NCBI GenBank assembly: GCA_041178085.1
Contig: JBEGVZ010000068.1
Location: forward strand, 1-39,427
Length of the DNA stretch: 39,427 nucleotides
Reading direction: 5' to 3'
Origin: Pseudomonadota bacterium
GTDB lineage: Bacteria > Bdellovibrionota_B > Oligoflexia > Oligoflexales > RGVZ01
Positions 1 through 10,534 of the stretch are shown here, piece by piece. The notes below the pieces were generated by a model, which worked only from the letters and a program-made list of their open reading frames with translations, made no database searches and was not told where the DNA came from. Within the stretch, counting starts at the first letter, position 1. Each line of letters starts with the position of its first letter. The translations under genes and the position numbers were made by a program.

Positions 1-378
1 GTCGGCATCCTGCTCGCTTCCGTGTCTTTGGTGACAGGGGGTGTTGGCATCATGAACATCATGTTGCTGTCGATCCATCAGCGCAGGAAGGAAATCGGCT
101 TGCGGAAGGCCATTGGCGCAAACGATGCGGCAATCGCAATCCAGTTCTTGCTGGAGTCCGTGATTGTTTGCTTTTTCGGCGGTTTGACCGGTGTGGCAGT
201 GGGTTGGGGTTTTGGTAACCAGGTGGCGAAAATGCTTGGTGACTGGGAGGCTGTGACCTCACCATTTGCCATCGTGTTGGCCCTTGGCTTTGCGATGGCA
301 ACAGGAGTGGTTTTCGGTCTTCTTCCGGCCATGAAAGCCGCCCAGCTGGATCCTTATGAGGCACTGCGGTCGACCTGA
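1..378 (+). CDS. ABC transporter permease, MacB/FtsX-like C-terminal part (5'-truncated by window edge)
   Basis: Frame open from base 1. GGVGIMNIML..RRKEIGLRKAIGA..QFLLES..G.LPA.KAA.LDP.EALR is the MacB-family permease C-terminus. Confidence 0.93.
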   Translation, partial: VGILLASVSLVTGGVGIMNIMLLSIHQRRKEIGLRKAIGANDAAIAIQFLLESVIVCFFGGLTGVAVGWGFGNQVAKMLGDWEAVTSPFAIVLALGFAMATGVVFGLLPAMKAAQLDPYEALRST

Positions 379-411
379 TTCAGTGGGGCGTCGAATTTCA
401 GGAGGTTTTTT

Positions 412-1638
412 GTGCCTGTCGTGATCCACTTTTCCCAACGAGTGATGATTGTTTTTCTGGCGATGGTCATGGCCACGGCTTGCAGTTTGCGTCAGGGAAA
501 CAAAAAGAGTGCAGGTGGGGCTGACGGAGGCAAGGCGACGACTCAGGAAGGCGAGGTGCCAGGGGCAAAGACGGTTCCGCTGGCTGTACGCCGGGGCCGG
601 ATCTCGGATGTCTCTGATTTCCAGGGCACAGTGCAGGCGATGGAACGGGTCGAGATCAAAGTCGACAAGAGGTTGAAATTAAAGAAGGTGCTCGTGTCCG
701 AAAATTCGCGGGTCAGGAAAGGCGATGTCTTGATCGAAGTCGACCGGACTGAATTTGAGAAGAAGGTCAAGGAACTGGGTGACAGATTGGCTTCGGCAAG
801 GATCGAGATCAAGTCCGCACAGCTTGGGTTTGAGCAGGCCAACAAGTCGCTTAAAAACAAGGAGCGCCTAGCCAGCAAGGGCATTATCCCCGACAAGGAG
901 CTGATCGAAGCCCGGCGCAATCAGATCCAGGCAGAAGTGACTTTGAAGGGCAAGAAGCTGGACATTGAAAAGACCGAGGGTGAATTGGCCGATGCACGCA
1001 CGCAGTCGGCTGGAGCAAACATCTCCGCGCCGATTGATGGCATCGTTACCCGGCTTTATCGCATGAGTGGGGCTGGCTATGACTATTTGAACGAAGGGCA
1101 GACGGCAGCCGTCATTGCCAACGACAAGCGACTTGGTTTTGTTGCGTCCATACCGGGCAAGGATGCGATGCGGGTCAAAAAGGGGATGCCGGTCGAGATC
1201 AAGGTCGAAGCAATCAGCTCCGAACCTGTCCGCGCAATCGTTTCGGATGTCCGCGAGGCGCCCCGTGCGGATGAATCGCGGGGAGGTGGATATGGTGGCG
1301 GCGGCGGGTATGGGGGCGGATATGGCAGTGGTGGCGGCACGGTCATGCAAATGATCTGTGAATTCGGCAACACGACACCTTCAGCGGTGCAAAAAAAGAT
1401 CCGGGACGGTGTGTCTGGGACGGCGAAGGTTGTGTGGGTGGACAAGCCTGATGTGCTGATCGTACCGGTAGGAGCGCTCCGCATGGTGGGCGACAAGCCT
1501 GTCGTCCTAGCAGCTGAAGGGGGGGCAGGCACCGGCACCGCTATTGACGTGGAAGTCGGCGTTCGTACCCGCAACGAGGCTGAAATTGTCCGTGGACTCA
1601 AACAGGGTCAGGTCGTCCTTGTAGAGGTGCAGAAATGA
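412..1638 (+). CDS. Efflux membrane-fusion protein (MacA/HlyD-like periplasmic adaptor), possible lipoprotein
   Basis: GGAGG at 401-405 before GTG. Lipoyl-like halves (VRKGDVL, ISAPIDGIV), coiled-coil hairpin, C-terminal VPVGAL..VEVG..EIVRGLKQG. ATAC possible lipobox. Lies between permease and TolC. Confidence 0.88.
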   Translation: MPVVIHFSQRVMIVFLAMVMATACSLRQGNKKSAGGADGGKATTQEGEVPGAKTVPLAVRRGRISDVSDFQGTVQAMERVEIKVDKRLKLKKVLVSENSRVRKGDVLIEVDRTEFEKKVKELGDRLASARIEIKSAQLGFEQANKSLKNKERLASKGIIPDKELIEARRNQIQAEVTLKGKKLDIEKTEGELADARTQSAGANISAPIDGIVTRLYRMSGAGYDYLNEGQTAAVIANDKRLGFVASIPGKDAMRVKKGMPVEIKVEAISSEPVRAIVSDVREAPRADESRGGGYGGGGGYGGGYGSGGGTVMQMICEFGNTTPSAVQKKIRDGVSGTAKVVWVDKPDVLIVPVGALRMVGDKPVVLAAEGGAGTGTAIDVEVGVRTRNEAEIVRGLKQGQVVLVEVQK

Positions 1639-3269
1639 AGTTTGTCCGTTGCCGCAGTGTGGCATGCGTCGTTACGGCACTTTTGCTCACGATTGCGAGC
1701 GGCAGCGCGGCGGCGGCAGGAAGGATTGCCAAGGTCTCTCCGAAGCTGCAGGAAAAGATCAAGACCCGCGCGAAGAACCTTCGGACGGGCGAGGTTGATA
1801 TTTATGCCGCGCCGGCTGGCACCAAGAAACTTCTGACTTTGCAGGGTTTGAGGGAACTCGTTGCCCGGCAGGGGCTTGCAGTCAAACTTGCGCGCGAAGA
1901 GTTGCGCAATATCGACGAGCAATACATCGCAAATCGCAGGCAATTCGAGCCAAAGGCTTCAATCAGTGCAAATTACGGTTTCAATTCGAATGTAACCCCG
2001 GCGACCGAGTTCAGTCCGGAGACCGAGTCAATCTCGCAATCGTCCGGAGGCACGTTGGGGGTGAACGGACAGATCGTGCAGGGGCTGAGCTACAATATCA
2101 GCGCCCCGGCATTCAGCCGTTCGATGACTGGGATGAGTAAGCCCGTTGATTTTTTTCAATTGTCGCCGGGCGGGATTGAGTCGCCCGCCATGCTTGCCGG
2201 TCAATACTCTGACCAGAGCTCCGTGAGCCTGGGCATCACCGCCAATCTGGTGAAGGGCTCGTATTGGGCTCAGGGACGTTTCGCAGATCGCAAGATCGAC
2301 ATCGATCGGAGCATCGGCCGGGAAAATTTCCGGGCAGCGATGATCAAGGCGCAGATCGAGGCAGAACAATCCTTCTACGATGTTATTCAGAAACAGATCC
2401 GGCTGCGCATTGCGGAGCGTGCGTTGGAAACAGCGAGGAAGCTGGCTGCCGACTTAAAAGAGATGGTCGAGGTTGGCGAGTCTGACAAAATTGCGCTGTT
2501 GCGCAGCCAGCAGCAGATCGCGCTTGCGGAAATTGACTTGAATGCTGCAGCCACGGAATATTCCGACAGCCGGGAGAAGCTTCGCGAGTTGCTGTCCATG
2601 AAGTCGGAAGAATTTGCGGGTGTTTATCCCGATGCCTACGAGATTTTGAAGTTGCCTGCGCGCCCGGTGATGAGTGTGGAGCAGGCAGTTACGGAAGGTC
2701 TCACCAACCGTCCTGACCTGAAGGTTCAGGACTTGAGCCTGGAGAAACAAACGATCGACACCAGGGTTGGAAGCCTGGGCCGCTTGCCCAACCTTGATTT
2801 GTCGGTCAATTACGCAAAAAGCACGACGGACCAGGGCTTCGGACAGACGACTGACGAGGCGCTCAAGCACGGTTCGCGCGCCATGTCCCTGTCACTGTCG
2901 ACCTCTTATCAGATCATCGGCAACACTGATTTCGATTCATTCCGCCAGGCAAAGATTGCTCTTGAGAAGGCCAGGCTGAACCGGGAAAAGACCCAGAATC
3001 AGGTCAGCAAGGAGATTACGAGTGCCATGGAACGCCTCAGGATCGCGTACATTCGGCTTGAACACGCCAAGTCAAATCGTCAGATTTCAGAGGATAAAGT
3101 GGCTGCGGAATACGAGAAATTCATCGTCGGTGAATCCGACAATAAAAATCTCATCGACGCCCAGACCGAGGTGACACAGTCACGCATCGCCGAGCTGCAG
3201 GCTTACATCGAAGTCCGCAACACGACGAGTTCGCTTAATCAAGCGCTGGGCAAGGGCGGGGAATCATAA
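1635..3269 (+). CDS. TolC-family outer membrane efflux protein
   Basis: ATGA overlap with adaptor gene. Signal peptide and two OEP-like halves (FYDV..G..DK..L.., NRPDL..LPNLDL..G.SDN.NLIDAQ). Confidence 0.87.
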   Translation: MKFVRCRSVACVVTALLLTIASGSAAAAGRIAKVSPKLQEKIKTRAKNLRTGEVDIYAAPAGTKKLLTLQGLRELVARQGLAVKLAREELRNIDEQYIANRRQFEPKASISANYGFNSNVTPATEFSPETESISQSSGGTLGVNGQIVQGLSYNISAPAFSRSMTGMSKPVDFFQLSPGGIESPAMLAGQYSDQSSVSLGITANLVKGSYWAQGRFADRKIDIDRSIGRENFRAAMIKAQIEAEQSFYDVIQKQIRLRIAERALETARKLAADLKEMVEVGESDKIALLRSQQQIALAEIDLNAAATEYSDSREKLRELLSMKSEEFAGVYPDAYEILKLPARPVMSVEQAVTEGLTNRPDLKVQDLSLEKQTIDTRVGSLGRLPNLDLSVNYAKSTTDQGFGQTTDEALKHGSRAMSLSLSTSYQIIGNTDFDSFRQAKIALEKARLNREKTQNQVSKEITSAMERLRIAYIRLEHAKSNRQISEDKVAAEYEKFIVGESDNKNLIDAQTEVTQSRIAELQAYIEVRNTTSSLNQALGKGGES

Positions 3270-4250
3270 CCCCAGGTCCCGTAGCTGCCGTATGGCCTTT
3301 TCCTGTTCCTCGGTCAGGGATTTCGGCACGTCAATTTCAAGCACTGCGTAAAGATCGCCCCGGCTTCCTTTTTTGCCCGCGTGGGGGAAACCGAGGTCTT
3401 TCAAACGCAGTTTTGTTCCGGGCTGGACTGCCGCGGGGACTTTCACGGTCTTTGTGCCTTCTGGCGTTTCCACCAAGGTGCTGCCACCGAGGAACGCATC
3501 GCTCGGCTTGATCCGGACCTTGACGTGGATGTCATCGGCAACCCGCTCAAATTTCGCGTCCGCGGCCACCTGGATCACCACCATGACGTCACCCGCTGGT
3601 CCGCCATACGGGGAGGCCATTCCTTTGCCCGGTACCCGGAGTTTACTCCCGTCCTTGACGCCAGCAGGGACCTTCATGCGGAAATCCCGGCTGGTGCCGT
3701 CCGACAGCCGGAAGCTGACTTGACGTTCGCAACCACGCCATGAATCAAGGAACGAGATCTGCAGAGGGTATTCCACATCCTGCCCGGCAGGGGATCCACC
3801 ACCCATTCCGGCTGCGCCGCCGAACGGGTCGAAGCCGCCGCCAGGGAATGGACCACCACCAAAGCCAGCGGAGAAACCGCGTGACCGGCCACGGCCCGCG
3901 CCGGCACCGGCGAACGCACCGCCAAAGATCCGGCTGAAGATGTCTTCGCCACCCGCCATGTTGAAGTCACGGAAGATCTGGGAGAAGTCCGTACCGCGGA
4001 AAATATCCTCAGACGAGTAGGTCTGGTGGAACCGTGCATCTCCGACCATGTCGTATTGCTTGCGTTTTTGCGGATCGGACAGAACGGCGTAGGCTTCGCT
4101 GATTTCCTTGAACTTTTCTTCAGCACCTTTATTGCCGGGATTGCGGTCAGGGTGATGTTTCAGCGCAAGCTTCCGGTAAGCCTTTTTGATGTCGTCATCG
4201 CTGGCACTTTTTTCGATGCCCAATGCCTTGTAATAGTCGGCCACAGCCAA
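3264..4250 (-). CDS. DnaJ-class B co-chaperone (CbpA-like; J-domain, G/F region, C-terminal domain, no Zn finger)
   Basis: [40 protein letters not shown]-domain with HPD motif. Gly/Phe-rich linker. KVPAGV..G.KLR..GKG and RGDLY C-terminal motifs. Start may be GTG at 4244. Confidence 0.94.
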   Translation of the reverse strand: MAVADYYKALGIEKSASDDDIKKAYRKLALKHHPDRNPGNKGAEEKFKEISEAYAVLSDPQKRKQYDMVGDARFHQTYSSEDIFRGTDFSQIFRDFNMAGGEDIFSRIFGGAFAGAGAGRGRSRGFSAGFGGGPFPGGGFDPFGGAAGMGGGSPAGQDVEYPLQISFLDSWRGCERQVSFRLSDGTSRDFRMKVPAGVKDGSKLRVPGKGMASPYGGPAGDVMVVIQVAADAKFERVADDIHVKVRIKPSDAFLGGSTLVETPEGTKTVKVPAAVQPGTKLRLKDLGFPHAGKKGSRGDLYAVLEIDVPKSLTEEQEKAIRQLRDLGL

Positions 4251-4266
4251 TACCCCCGCTGGTCAG

Positions 4267-4293
4267 ACATCGGTAAATGTAGGTCGCCCTTTG
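4267..4293 (-). promoter_or_regulatory. Putative sigma28 (FliA)-type promoter for the DnaJ-class gene
   Basis: Minus strand reads CAAAG-N14-ACCGATGT (consensus TAAAG-N14-GCCGATAA), upstream of a GGGGG SD-like run and the start codon. Confidence 0.5.
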
Positions 4294-4299
4294 TGCCTG

Positions 4300-4956
4300 T
4301 CAAGACCCCGGCAGTTGTTTCGCAGCGAACGCTTCGATCTTGTCAAACTGGCGGTGCATGCTGCGCTCAGAGGTGACCCGGCGTGCCTCGTCCAGTTGGA
4401 ACCACCTGAGATCATGGCTTTCGTCGGTGATGGCGATTTGCTGGTCCCTGGGCGCAACAATGACGTAGCGGATATCGTAATGCCAGTGCCCCAGGTCTTT
4501 CGGGTTGGGGGGGATCCAATGGGCGTCCAGGTCGAACGGAACCGGAGATTTACCGGCCGCGACATTGTCACTTCCGCTACGTCCCGTCTGCCAGTCGTAG
4601 AAGAGAAAGTTCTGCAGCCCAGACTCTTCCATCACTTCGGTGCTGGCGACCTCGTGGACAAGGTGGTTCCCGTCTGCGTGCCCGCCCAGTTGCAGCCATA
4701 TGCCCAACTTCGCATGAAGGGTTAGTAGCACTTGCTGGAAGTCCTGGCTGACCACAATCGCTGACCCGGTGATGTGTCCGGCGAGGTGGGTGCGTTCAAA
4801 GCATTGGGGCGTAGTGCCCACAAACCGCTCAAATTTCTCCAGGATGGCACGTTCCTCGGCTTGGTCGTATGATTTGTGGCGCTGCGCCACACCCGGGCTT
4901 TCAACCCATGTGCGCCGGTAAGTGGCGAGGGCATTTAGCAGGGGCTCGCGGTTCAT
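4300..4956 (-). CDS. NUDIX hydrolase
   Basis: AAGGAGG RBS upstream of ATG 4956 (the ORF-track extension to 5370 overlaps DUF952). GHITGSA..LL..H.KLG.WLQLGGHADG..EVMEESGL Nudix box, H.HYD.RY, ES.DLRW. Confidence 0.9.
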   Translation of the reverse strand: MNREPLLNALATYRRTWVESPGVAQRHKSYDQAEERAILEKFERFVGTTPQCFERTHLAGHITGSAIVVSQDFQQVLLTLHAKLGIWLQLGGHADGNHLVHEVASTEVMEESGLQNFLFYDWQTGRSGSDNVAAGKSPVPFDLDAHWIPPNPKDLGHWHYDIRYVIVAPRDQQIAITDESHDLRWFQLDEARRVTSERSMHRQFDKIEAFAAKQLPGS

Positions 4957-4972
4957 CAATGGACCTCCTTTT

Positions 4973-5326
4973 TCATGCGCTCGAATCCGTTGCGTCGATA
5001 ATCTGTCGGGCCGGCAGCGACCAGTCAAAGCGATGGGTTCGCAAGATTGCGCTGCGCGGGATCGGTCCGTAAACGTGGGGGAACCGCTCCTGGGAGTGCG
5101 GTGCAGGTTCAAACCGGAGTGTGCCAGCGACCTCTGCGGGAGAGATTTCAAGGATCGTGAGTTCAGGGATGCCTTTGAAATATCGGGCCAGTGTTGCGTC
5201 CAGTTGTTCCTTGGTCGAGCAGTGAATGAAACCCTCGTGTTCCAGGCTGGGGTCGATAAACACCGGCTGAATTGATTGCTCCTGCCATCTGGCAGGTAGG
5301 CAGATGTGGTAAATCCGTGCGCGCAT
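4973..5326 (-). CDS. DUF952 domain-containing protein
   Basis: IYHI....W, SL..EGFIHCST..Q....ARYF and FPHVYGPI motifs. Confidence 0.9.
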   Translation of the reverse strand: MRARIYHICLPARWQEQSIQPVFIDPSLEHEGFIHCSTKEQLDATLARYFKGIPELTILEISPAEVAGTLRFEPAPHSQERFPHVYGPIPRSAILRTHRFDWSLPARQIIDATDSSA

Positions 5327-5422
5327 GTCCGGGGCCGAACCAGCCTCCGTTGTGTCAGGCTTCGTAGCAACGATCTGGCGGGATGATGTCACTGCCGCGC
5401 TTCGCATTCAAGCCGGAAGAGT

Positions 5423-7183
5423 GTGTATAAAAAATACGCAGAAACATTGGCAAATCTGGCCAGATTTCAGTGGCAGGGTCTGCCATCCCATCATAAATTC
5501 CCGTCCATGGGTTCAAAATATCAGCATTGGGAAGCGCGGTCCGCCAGCCAGCCGCAATCACTGGATGATTTGCGGCAAGTGATCCTGGGCAATCGCGAAT
5601 TTGAGGCGGTCGACCGACTTGATTACGGCGACCACGGTTTGCTGCCTGTCATTGACCGGATTGTCGCGGCGATCCGTACCGGCGAGCGCATTGCGCTTTA
5701 CGCCGACTACGACGTCGATGGGACAATGAGCTGTGTCAGCTGGATCTGGTTTTTGCAGGCGATCGGTTACACCAACTTCGTTCCTTACATCCCGTGTCGC
5801 TTCAACGAAGGGTACGGAGTCAATCTCGGTGCGGTGAAGCACCTCGTCGAGGTCGAGAAGGCGTCGGTGATCCTTACGATGGACACCGGAATCACGGCCA
5901 ACGAAGAGGCCGCGTGGTGTCGTGAACGCGACGCCACGTTTATCTGCACGGACCACCACACGATCCAGCCTGCGAAAATGCCGGACTGCCTGATCCTGAA
6001 TCCGAAGCAGCACCCGGACCCTGCTTACCAGGAACTTTGCGGCTGCGGGATAACGTTTGTCTTGTTGCGCAAGCTTGCGGCCCACTTCCCGCAGCTCGCT
6101 CAGAATCATCCGGTCTGGACTGATTTGCTTGCCCTTGTTGGCATGGCGACCATTTGCGACGTAGTACCCTTGAACGGCGTCAATCACACGCTTGCCCGCA
6201 GCGGTGTCCGCGCCTTGATGCGCTCGCAGCGACCCGTGTTGAGGCGATTGCGGGAAGCGGCTGCAGTCACTGAAGACGGTGATGAGAAAGATGTCGGTTT
6301 CCGCCTTGGGCCGCGGATCAATGCAGTTGGCCGCCTTGAGCATGCGGGACTGGTCGTGAAGGCCTTTCTTGAAGACGATCCTGAGCCGCTGGTCGCCCAC
6401 ATGGGGACATGCAACGAGCGGCGCAAGGCGATCCAGGTTGGCATTGTGAGTGAAGCGCGAATCCTCGCAAGCGAGGCTGCACAGCGCGGGGAACCAGTGC
6501 TGTTCCTTGGCGGCGATTGGCATCCCGGTGTGGTTGGCATTGCAGCCAGCAAGATTGCCGAAGAATTCTGGCGTCCGGTGTGGTTGTACCAGCGTGGCGC
6601 AGATGGCACATGCAAGGGCTCGGCACGTACCATTCCCGGGTTCAATGTCACCGCAGCCATGGCCAGTTGTGGCGAACTGTTCAGGAAGTTCGGGGGACAC
6701 GCTGCAGCCGGCGGATTTACCTTCGACGTCGCCAATGAGCAGGCGATCCGTGCGGCTCTGATCGATTACGCATCCGATATCAGATTGAGTCAGCCCGCCA
6801 TGTGGGAAAGCCGGCTTGGCTTTGATTGTCAAATTCCTGCGGGTCTGCTTTCCCTGGAAGTTGCGGACTTGCTCGATGACCTGAAGCCTTTTGGCCATGG
6901 GTTTGAGGAACCGCGGTTTGTCATTGAGGCTCCTGTTGAGGAAATCCGGTATTTCTACGACAAGGCCACGGGCGAGCCGAAGCATACGGCCGTCATGGTG
7001 CGCGTCGACGGCGCGCGCGGTCGCACCCGTGAGAAAATCTTGTTTTTCAACCAGGTGATCCAGTCGATCAAGCCCGGGGTACAGCGTCGTTTTGTGGTAA
7101 GCTGCTCGCGCAACATCTGGCGCGGCACGGCGAGTCTGTCGCTGATGGGGCTTGATTTCGCAGAGGAGACTGCCTTTTCGTGA
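5423..7183 (+). CDS. recJ: Single-stranded-DNA-specific exonuclease RecJ
   Basis: DYDVDG, R..EGYG, T.DTG, TDHH, G.ATI.D.VPL...N, F.LGPRINAVGRL, WHPGVVGI.AS, GSAR, FGGH.AA.G and L.PFG.G..EP motifs. Alternative start ATG 5507. Confidence 0.95.
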   Translation: MYKKYAETLANLARFQWQGLPSHHKFPSMGSKYQHWEARSASQPQSLDDLRQVILGNREFEAVDRLDYGDHGLLPVIDRIVAAIRTGERIALYADYDVDGTMSCVSWIWFLQAIGYTNFVPYIPCRFNEGYGVNLGAVKHLVEVEKASVILTMDTGITANEEAAWCRERDATFICTDHHTIQPAKMPDCLILNPKQHPDPAYQELCGCGITFVLLRKLAAHFPQLAQNHPVWTDLLALVGMATICDVVPLNGVNHTLARSGVRALMRSQRPVLRRLREAAAVTEDGDEKDVGFRLGPRINAVGRLEHAGLVVKAFLEDDPEPLVAHMGTCNERRKAIQVGIVSEARILASEAAQRGEPVLFLGGDWHPGVVGIAASKIAEEFWRPVWLYQRGADGTCKGSARTIPGFNVTAAMASCGELFRKFGGHAAAGGFTFDVANEQAIRAALIDYASDIRLSQPAMWESRLGFDCQIPAGLLSLEVADLLDDLKPFGHGFEEPRFVIEAPVEEIRYFYDKATGEPKHTAVMVRVDGARGRTREKILFFNQVIQSIKPGVQRRFVVSCSRNIWRGTASLSLMGLDFAEETAFS

Positions 7184-8469
7184 GCAAATATTCCCGTGGT
7201 CAGAAAGTGGCAGTGATTGGGTCGGGCATATCCGGACTGACTGCGGCGCATTTGATCGCAGAAGACCATGACGTCACAGTTTTTGAAGCGGCGGACTACA
7301 TCGGCGGCCACACCAATACGATCAAGGTTGGTCCGGAACACGGTGGACTGAGCGTTGATACCGGTTTCATTGTTTTTAACGACTGGACGTATCCCAATTT
7401 TATCAAGCTCATGGGGCAGCTGGGGGTTGCGTCCCAGCCGAGCGACATGAGCTTCAGTGTGAAGTGCGAAAAGAGTGGCCTGGAATACAACGGGACCAGC
7501 ATCAATTCACTTTTTGCGCAGCGGCGCAACTTGCTGAGGCCTTCGTTTCACACGATGATCCGTGACATCTTGCGGTTCAATAAGGAATCGCTGCAATTGC
7601 TTGACCGCCCTGAGGACGATGGTCAGACCCTTGGCGAATATCTGGCCGAGAACCGCTATTCACAGCAGTTCATCCGGCACTACATCGTGCCGATGGGTTC
7701 CGCAATCTGGTCGACGGGTGAAAGGGGAATGGACATTTTCCCGGCGCGTTATTTTGTCCGCTTTTTCAAGAACCACGGCATGCTCAACGTGAACGAACGC
7801 CCCCAGTGGCGTGTGATCAAAGGCGGATCCAACCAATACGTTCAAAACATAACCCGGCGCTACGCAAGCGGCATTCGCCTCAGGTTACCAGTGGAGCGTG
7901 TTACTCGCATGGCCGACGGGGTAATGGTCAAGGCAAGGGGCGTGGACGCCGAGCGCTTTGACCATGTTGTGTTTGCCTGCCACAGCGACCAGGCGATAAA
8001 GATCCTGGGGGATGCGACCGATGCTGAACGCCAGGTTCTGAGTGCAATCCCGTATTCACCGAATGAAGCGACGTTGCACACGGACACGCGCATCATGCCC
8101 CGCAGGAAGCTTGCCTGGGCAAGCTGGAATTATCACATACGGGGTGACAACCGGGGTGATGAACGCGTGGCCGTCACCTACAACATGAATATCCTGCAGT
8201 CTCTGCCATCGCCCAAGACATTCCTGGTCAGCTTGAATTCGGACGATGCGATCGACGACCGGCATGTGATCAAAAAAATCACCTATCATCACCCCGCCTA
8301 CACGGTGGAATCGATCCGTGCCCAGGCCCGACATGCCGAGATCAGTGGGGCTGATGCGAATTGCGGTGGTCGCACCCACTACTGCGGTGCTTACTGGGGT
8401 TTCGGATTTCATGAGGATGGCGTCAAGAGCGGGTTGGCCGTGGCCAAGACGTTCGGAAAGACGCTTTAG
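7180..8469 (+). CDS. FAD-dependent oxidoreductase of cfa-associated clusters (UfaD-like desaturase/amine oxidase family)
   Basis: Rossmann motif VAVIGSGISGL.AA, GGH..T, VDTGFIVFN..TYPN, WASWNY, and C-terminal GAYWGFGFHEDGV.SG. GTGA overlap with recJ stop. Confidence 0.9.
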   Translation: MSKYSRGQKVAVIGSGISGLTAAHLIAEDHDVTVFEAADYIGGHTNTIKVGPEHGGLSVDTGFIVFNDWTYPNFIKLMGQLGVASQPSDMSFSVKCEKSGLEYNGTSINSLFAQRRNLLRPSFHTMIRDILRFNKESLQLLDRPEDDGQTLGEYLAENRYSQQFIRHYIVPMGSAIWSTGERGMDIFPARYFVRFFKNHGMLNVNERPQWRVIKGGSNQYVQNITRRYASGIRLRLPVERVTRMADGVMVKARGVDAERFDHVVFACHSDQAIKILGDATDAERQVLSAIPYSPNEATLHTDTRIMPRRKLAWASWNYHIRGDNRGDERVAVTYNMNILQSLPSPKTFLVSLNSDDAIDDRHVIKKITYHHPAYTVESIRAQARHAEISGADANCGGRTHYCGAYWGFGFHEDGVKSGLAVAKTFGKTL

Positions 8470-9293
8470 TGGCGCAAGCGGTTGACAGCGCTGTCTACTT
8501 TGGACGCGTGCGGCACACCCGTTTGCTGCCACACACCCATGATTTCTCCTATCGCATGTTCATGATGTACCTGGATCTGGACCAGCTTCCCCAGGTGTTT
8601 CGAAGTTTCTGGTTCTGGTCGGTGGAACGATGGAACCTTGCAGCCTTTCATCGCAGAAATTACCTGGGTGATGCGGGTCGTCCGCTGAAGGATTGTGTCC
8701 TGGATGAAGTCGAGAAACAGGCAGGGTTTCGGCCCGGAGGGCGGGTGGCCATCCTGACGCACCTCTCTTATTTCGGTTTCTGCTTCAATCCGGTCAGTTT
8801 TTACTATTGCTTTGATGCAACCGGGGAAAAACTCGAGGCGGTCGTTGCAGAGATCACCAATACACCCTGGGACGAACGCCATCGGTATGTGCTGAGCAGC
8901 CGGACACAGGGAATGGATGGGGCATGGAGCCCGGACCATGGTCGCGGACGGTTTGTTTTTGAAAAGAAGTTTCACGTCTCGCCATTTTTTCCGATGGACA
9001 TGAAATATACCTGGGTTTTTTCAGCGCCCAGAGGGTCTACAGGATCGCCATTGCACGTGTTCATGATGAACGAGCGTGACGGCAGGAAGGCATTTGAGTC
9101 TGACCTGAGCCTTGTGCGCAAACCTGTTTCATCTGCAACTTTGGTGCGCGCGCTGCTGCTTTATCCGCTGATGACAGCAGTTGCCGTTGTCGGGATTTAT
9201 TTTCAAGCCGCAGTTTTGTGGTTGAAGCGGACACCATTTTATTCGCACCCGAAACATAACGATGCCGTGAAGGCGACGGAGAACAAGTCATGA
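8469..9293 (+). CDS. DUF1365 family protein (UfaO-like)
   Basis: G.V.H.R..P..H.F.Y, G..FNPVSFYYC, AEI.NTPW.ERH.Y, K.FHVSPF, IY.QA..LW.K motifs. Confidence 0.92.
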   Translation: MAQAVDSAVYFGRVRHTRLLPHTHDFSYRMFMMYLDLDQLPQVFRSFWFWSVERWNLAAFHRRNYLGDAGRPLKDCVLDEVEKQAGFRPGGRVAILTHLSYFGFCFNPVSFYYCFDATGEKLEAVVAEITNTPWDERHRYVLSSRTQGMDGAWSPDHGRGRFVFEKKFHVSPFFPMDMKYTWVFSAPRGSTGSPLHVFMMNERDGRKAFESDLSLVRKPVSSATLVRALLLYPLMTAVAVVGIYFQAAVLWLKRTPFYSHPKHNDAVKATENKS

Positions 9294-10534
9294 GGCAAAC
9301 CGGTTCCATCCAAAACACGGAAGCGGCAGTTAATTCCAGTCGTCCGGTCTACCGGACCCTGGTTCATCGACTTTTACGTGGCATTTCCCGCGGTCGCTTG
9401 ACGATCAAAGATCCATGGGGCGAAGTGGAATTTGGCCCGGGCGGCGAAGGGCAGCCGCAGGCTACGATCGAGGTCAGGGATCCATCCATGTACGGCGATG
9501 TCGCCATGCGCGGATCGATCGGGGCGGGCGAAGCATACATGCGCGGTGCATGGACCAGTCCGGACTTGACGTCTGTGATCCGGGTTTTTGTCGCAAACCG
9601 TGAGCTGCTGACCCAGATGGATTCAGCCTTCACCAAGTTGGCCATGCCCTTTTGGAAGCTCGCCCACTGGCTGCGCCGGAACAATCACGGCGGCAGCAAG
9701 AAAAACATCCTGGCCCATTATGACCTTGGCAATGAGTTCTTCAGGCTTTTCCTGGACGAGACGCTCATGTACTCGTCGGCGGTCTTTGACCGTCCCGACA
9801 TGACGCTCGCGGAAGCCTCCAGGGCGAAGCTGGACAGGATATGTGACAAGCTTCAGTTGAAGCCGTCAGATCATGTCATTGAAATCGGCACTGGATGGGG
9901 CGGCTTTGCGATTCATGCCGCGTCGAAATATGGCTGCCGCGTGACGACAACAACCATCTCCGAGGCGCAATTCGCGCTTGCGACAAAACGCGTGAACGAA
10001 GCCGGGTTGCAGGATCGCGTGCGGATACTCAGGGACGACTACCGCGAGTTGCCGCGTTACGGGTTGTTTGACAAGCTGGTCTCGATCGAAATGATCGAGG
10101 CGGTGGGAGCGCGTTACCTTGAGCAATATATCCAGGTATGTTCCCGCTTGCTGAAGCCGGAAGGTGCCGCAGTGATCCAGGCGATTACCATCGCGGACCA
10201 GGAATACGAACGTGCCCTTAAGAGTGTCGATTTCATCCAGAAGTACATATTCCCCGGTAGTTTCATTCCCTCGGTTACGGCGATTGTGAATGCCATGACC
10301 AATGCATCTGACTTCAGGCTGGTCGGACTTGAAGACATTACGTCGAGTTACGTCGAGACCCTCAGGCGCTGGCGGGCAAGTCTGATGGCCAATGCTGCTG
10401 AAGTGCGGAAACTGGGTCTTTCGGATTCCTTCCTGCGCATGTGGGAGTTTTACTTCTGTTACTGCGAAGGTGGTTTTACCGAGCGGGCCATTGGTGATGT
10501 CCAACTGCACCTGAAGAAGCCGTTATGCAAATAG
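9290..10534 (+). CDS. cfa: Cyclopropane-fatty-acyl-phospholipid synthase family SAM methyltransferase (UfaM-like)
   Basis: G.GE.YM.G.W, NI.AHYDLGNEFF.LFLD..MYSSA, EIGTGWGG SAM motif, EMIEAVG, FIQKYIFPG, F.RMW.FY..YCEGGF. Confidence 0.9.
   Translation: MRQTGSIQNTEAAVNSSRPVYRTLVHRLLRGISRGRLTIKDPWGEVEFGPGGEGQPQATIEVRDPSMYGDVAMRGSIGAGEAYMRGAWTSPDLTSVIRVFVANRELLTQMDSAFTKLAMPFWKLAHWLRRNNHGGSKKNILAHYDLGNEFFRLFLDETLMYSSAVFDRPDMTLAEASRAKLDRICDKLQLKPSDHVIEIGTGWGGFAIHAASKYGCRVTTTTISEAQFALATKRVNEAGLQDRVRILRDDYRELPRYGLFDKLVSIEMIEAVGARYLEQYIQVCSRLLKPEGAAVIQAITIADQEYERALKSVDFIQKYIFPGSFIPSVTAIVNAMTNASDFRLVGLEDITSSYVETLRRWRASLMANAAEVRKLGLSDSFLRMWEFYFCYCEGGFTERAIGDVQLHLKKPLCK

Noticed and set aside
4957..5370. 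N-terminal extension of the 356-aa NUDIX ORF in the ORF track
   Set aside because: It overlaps the DUF952 gene in another frame, and a strong AAGGAGG RBS supports ATG 4956.
5558..6985. 475-aa antisense ORF (and similar long antisense or alternate-frame ORFs, e.g. 9866-10510, 14038-14739, 20598-21341)
   Set aside because: These are shadow ORFs of well-supported genes in GC-rich DNA and have no recognisable motifs.
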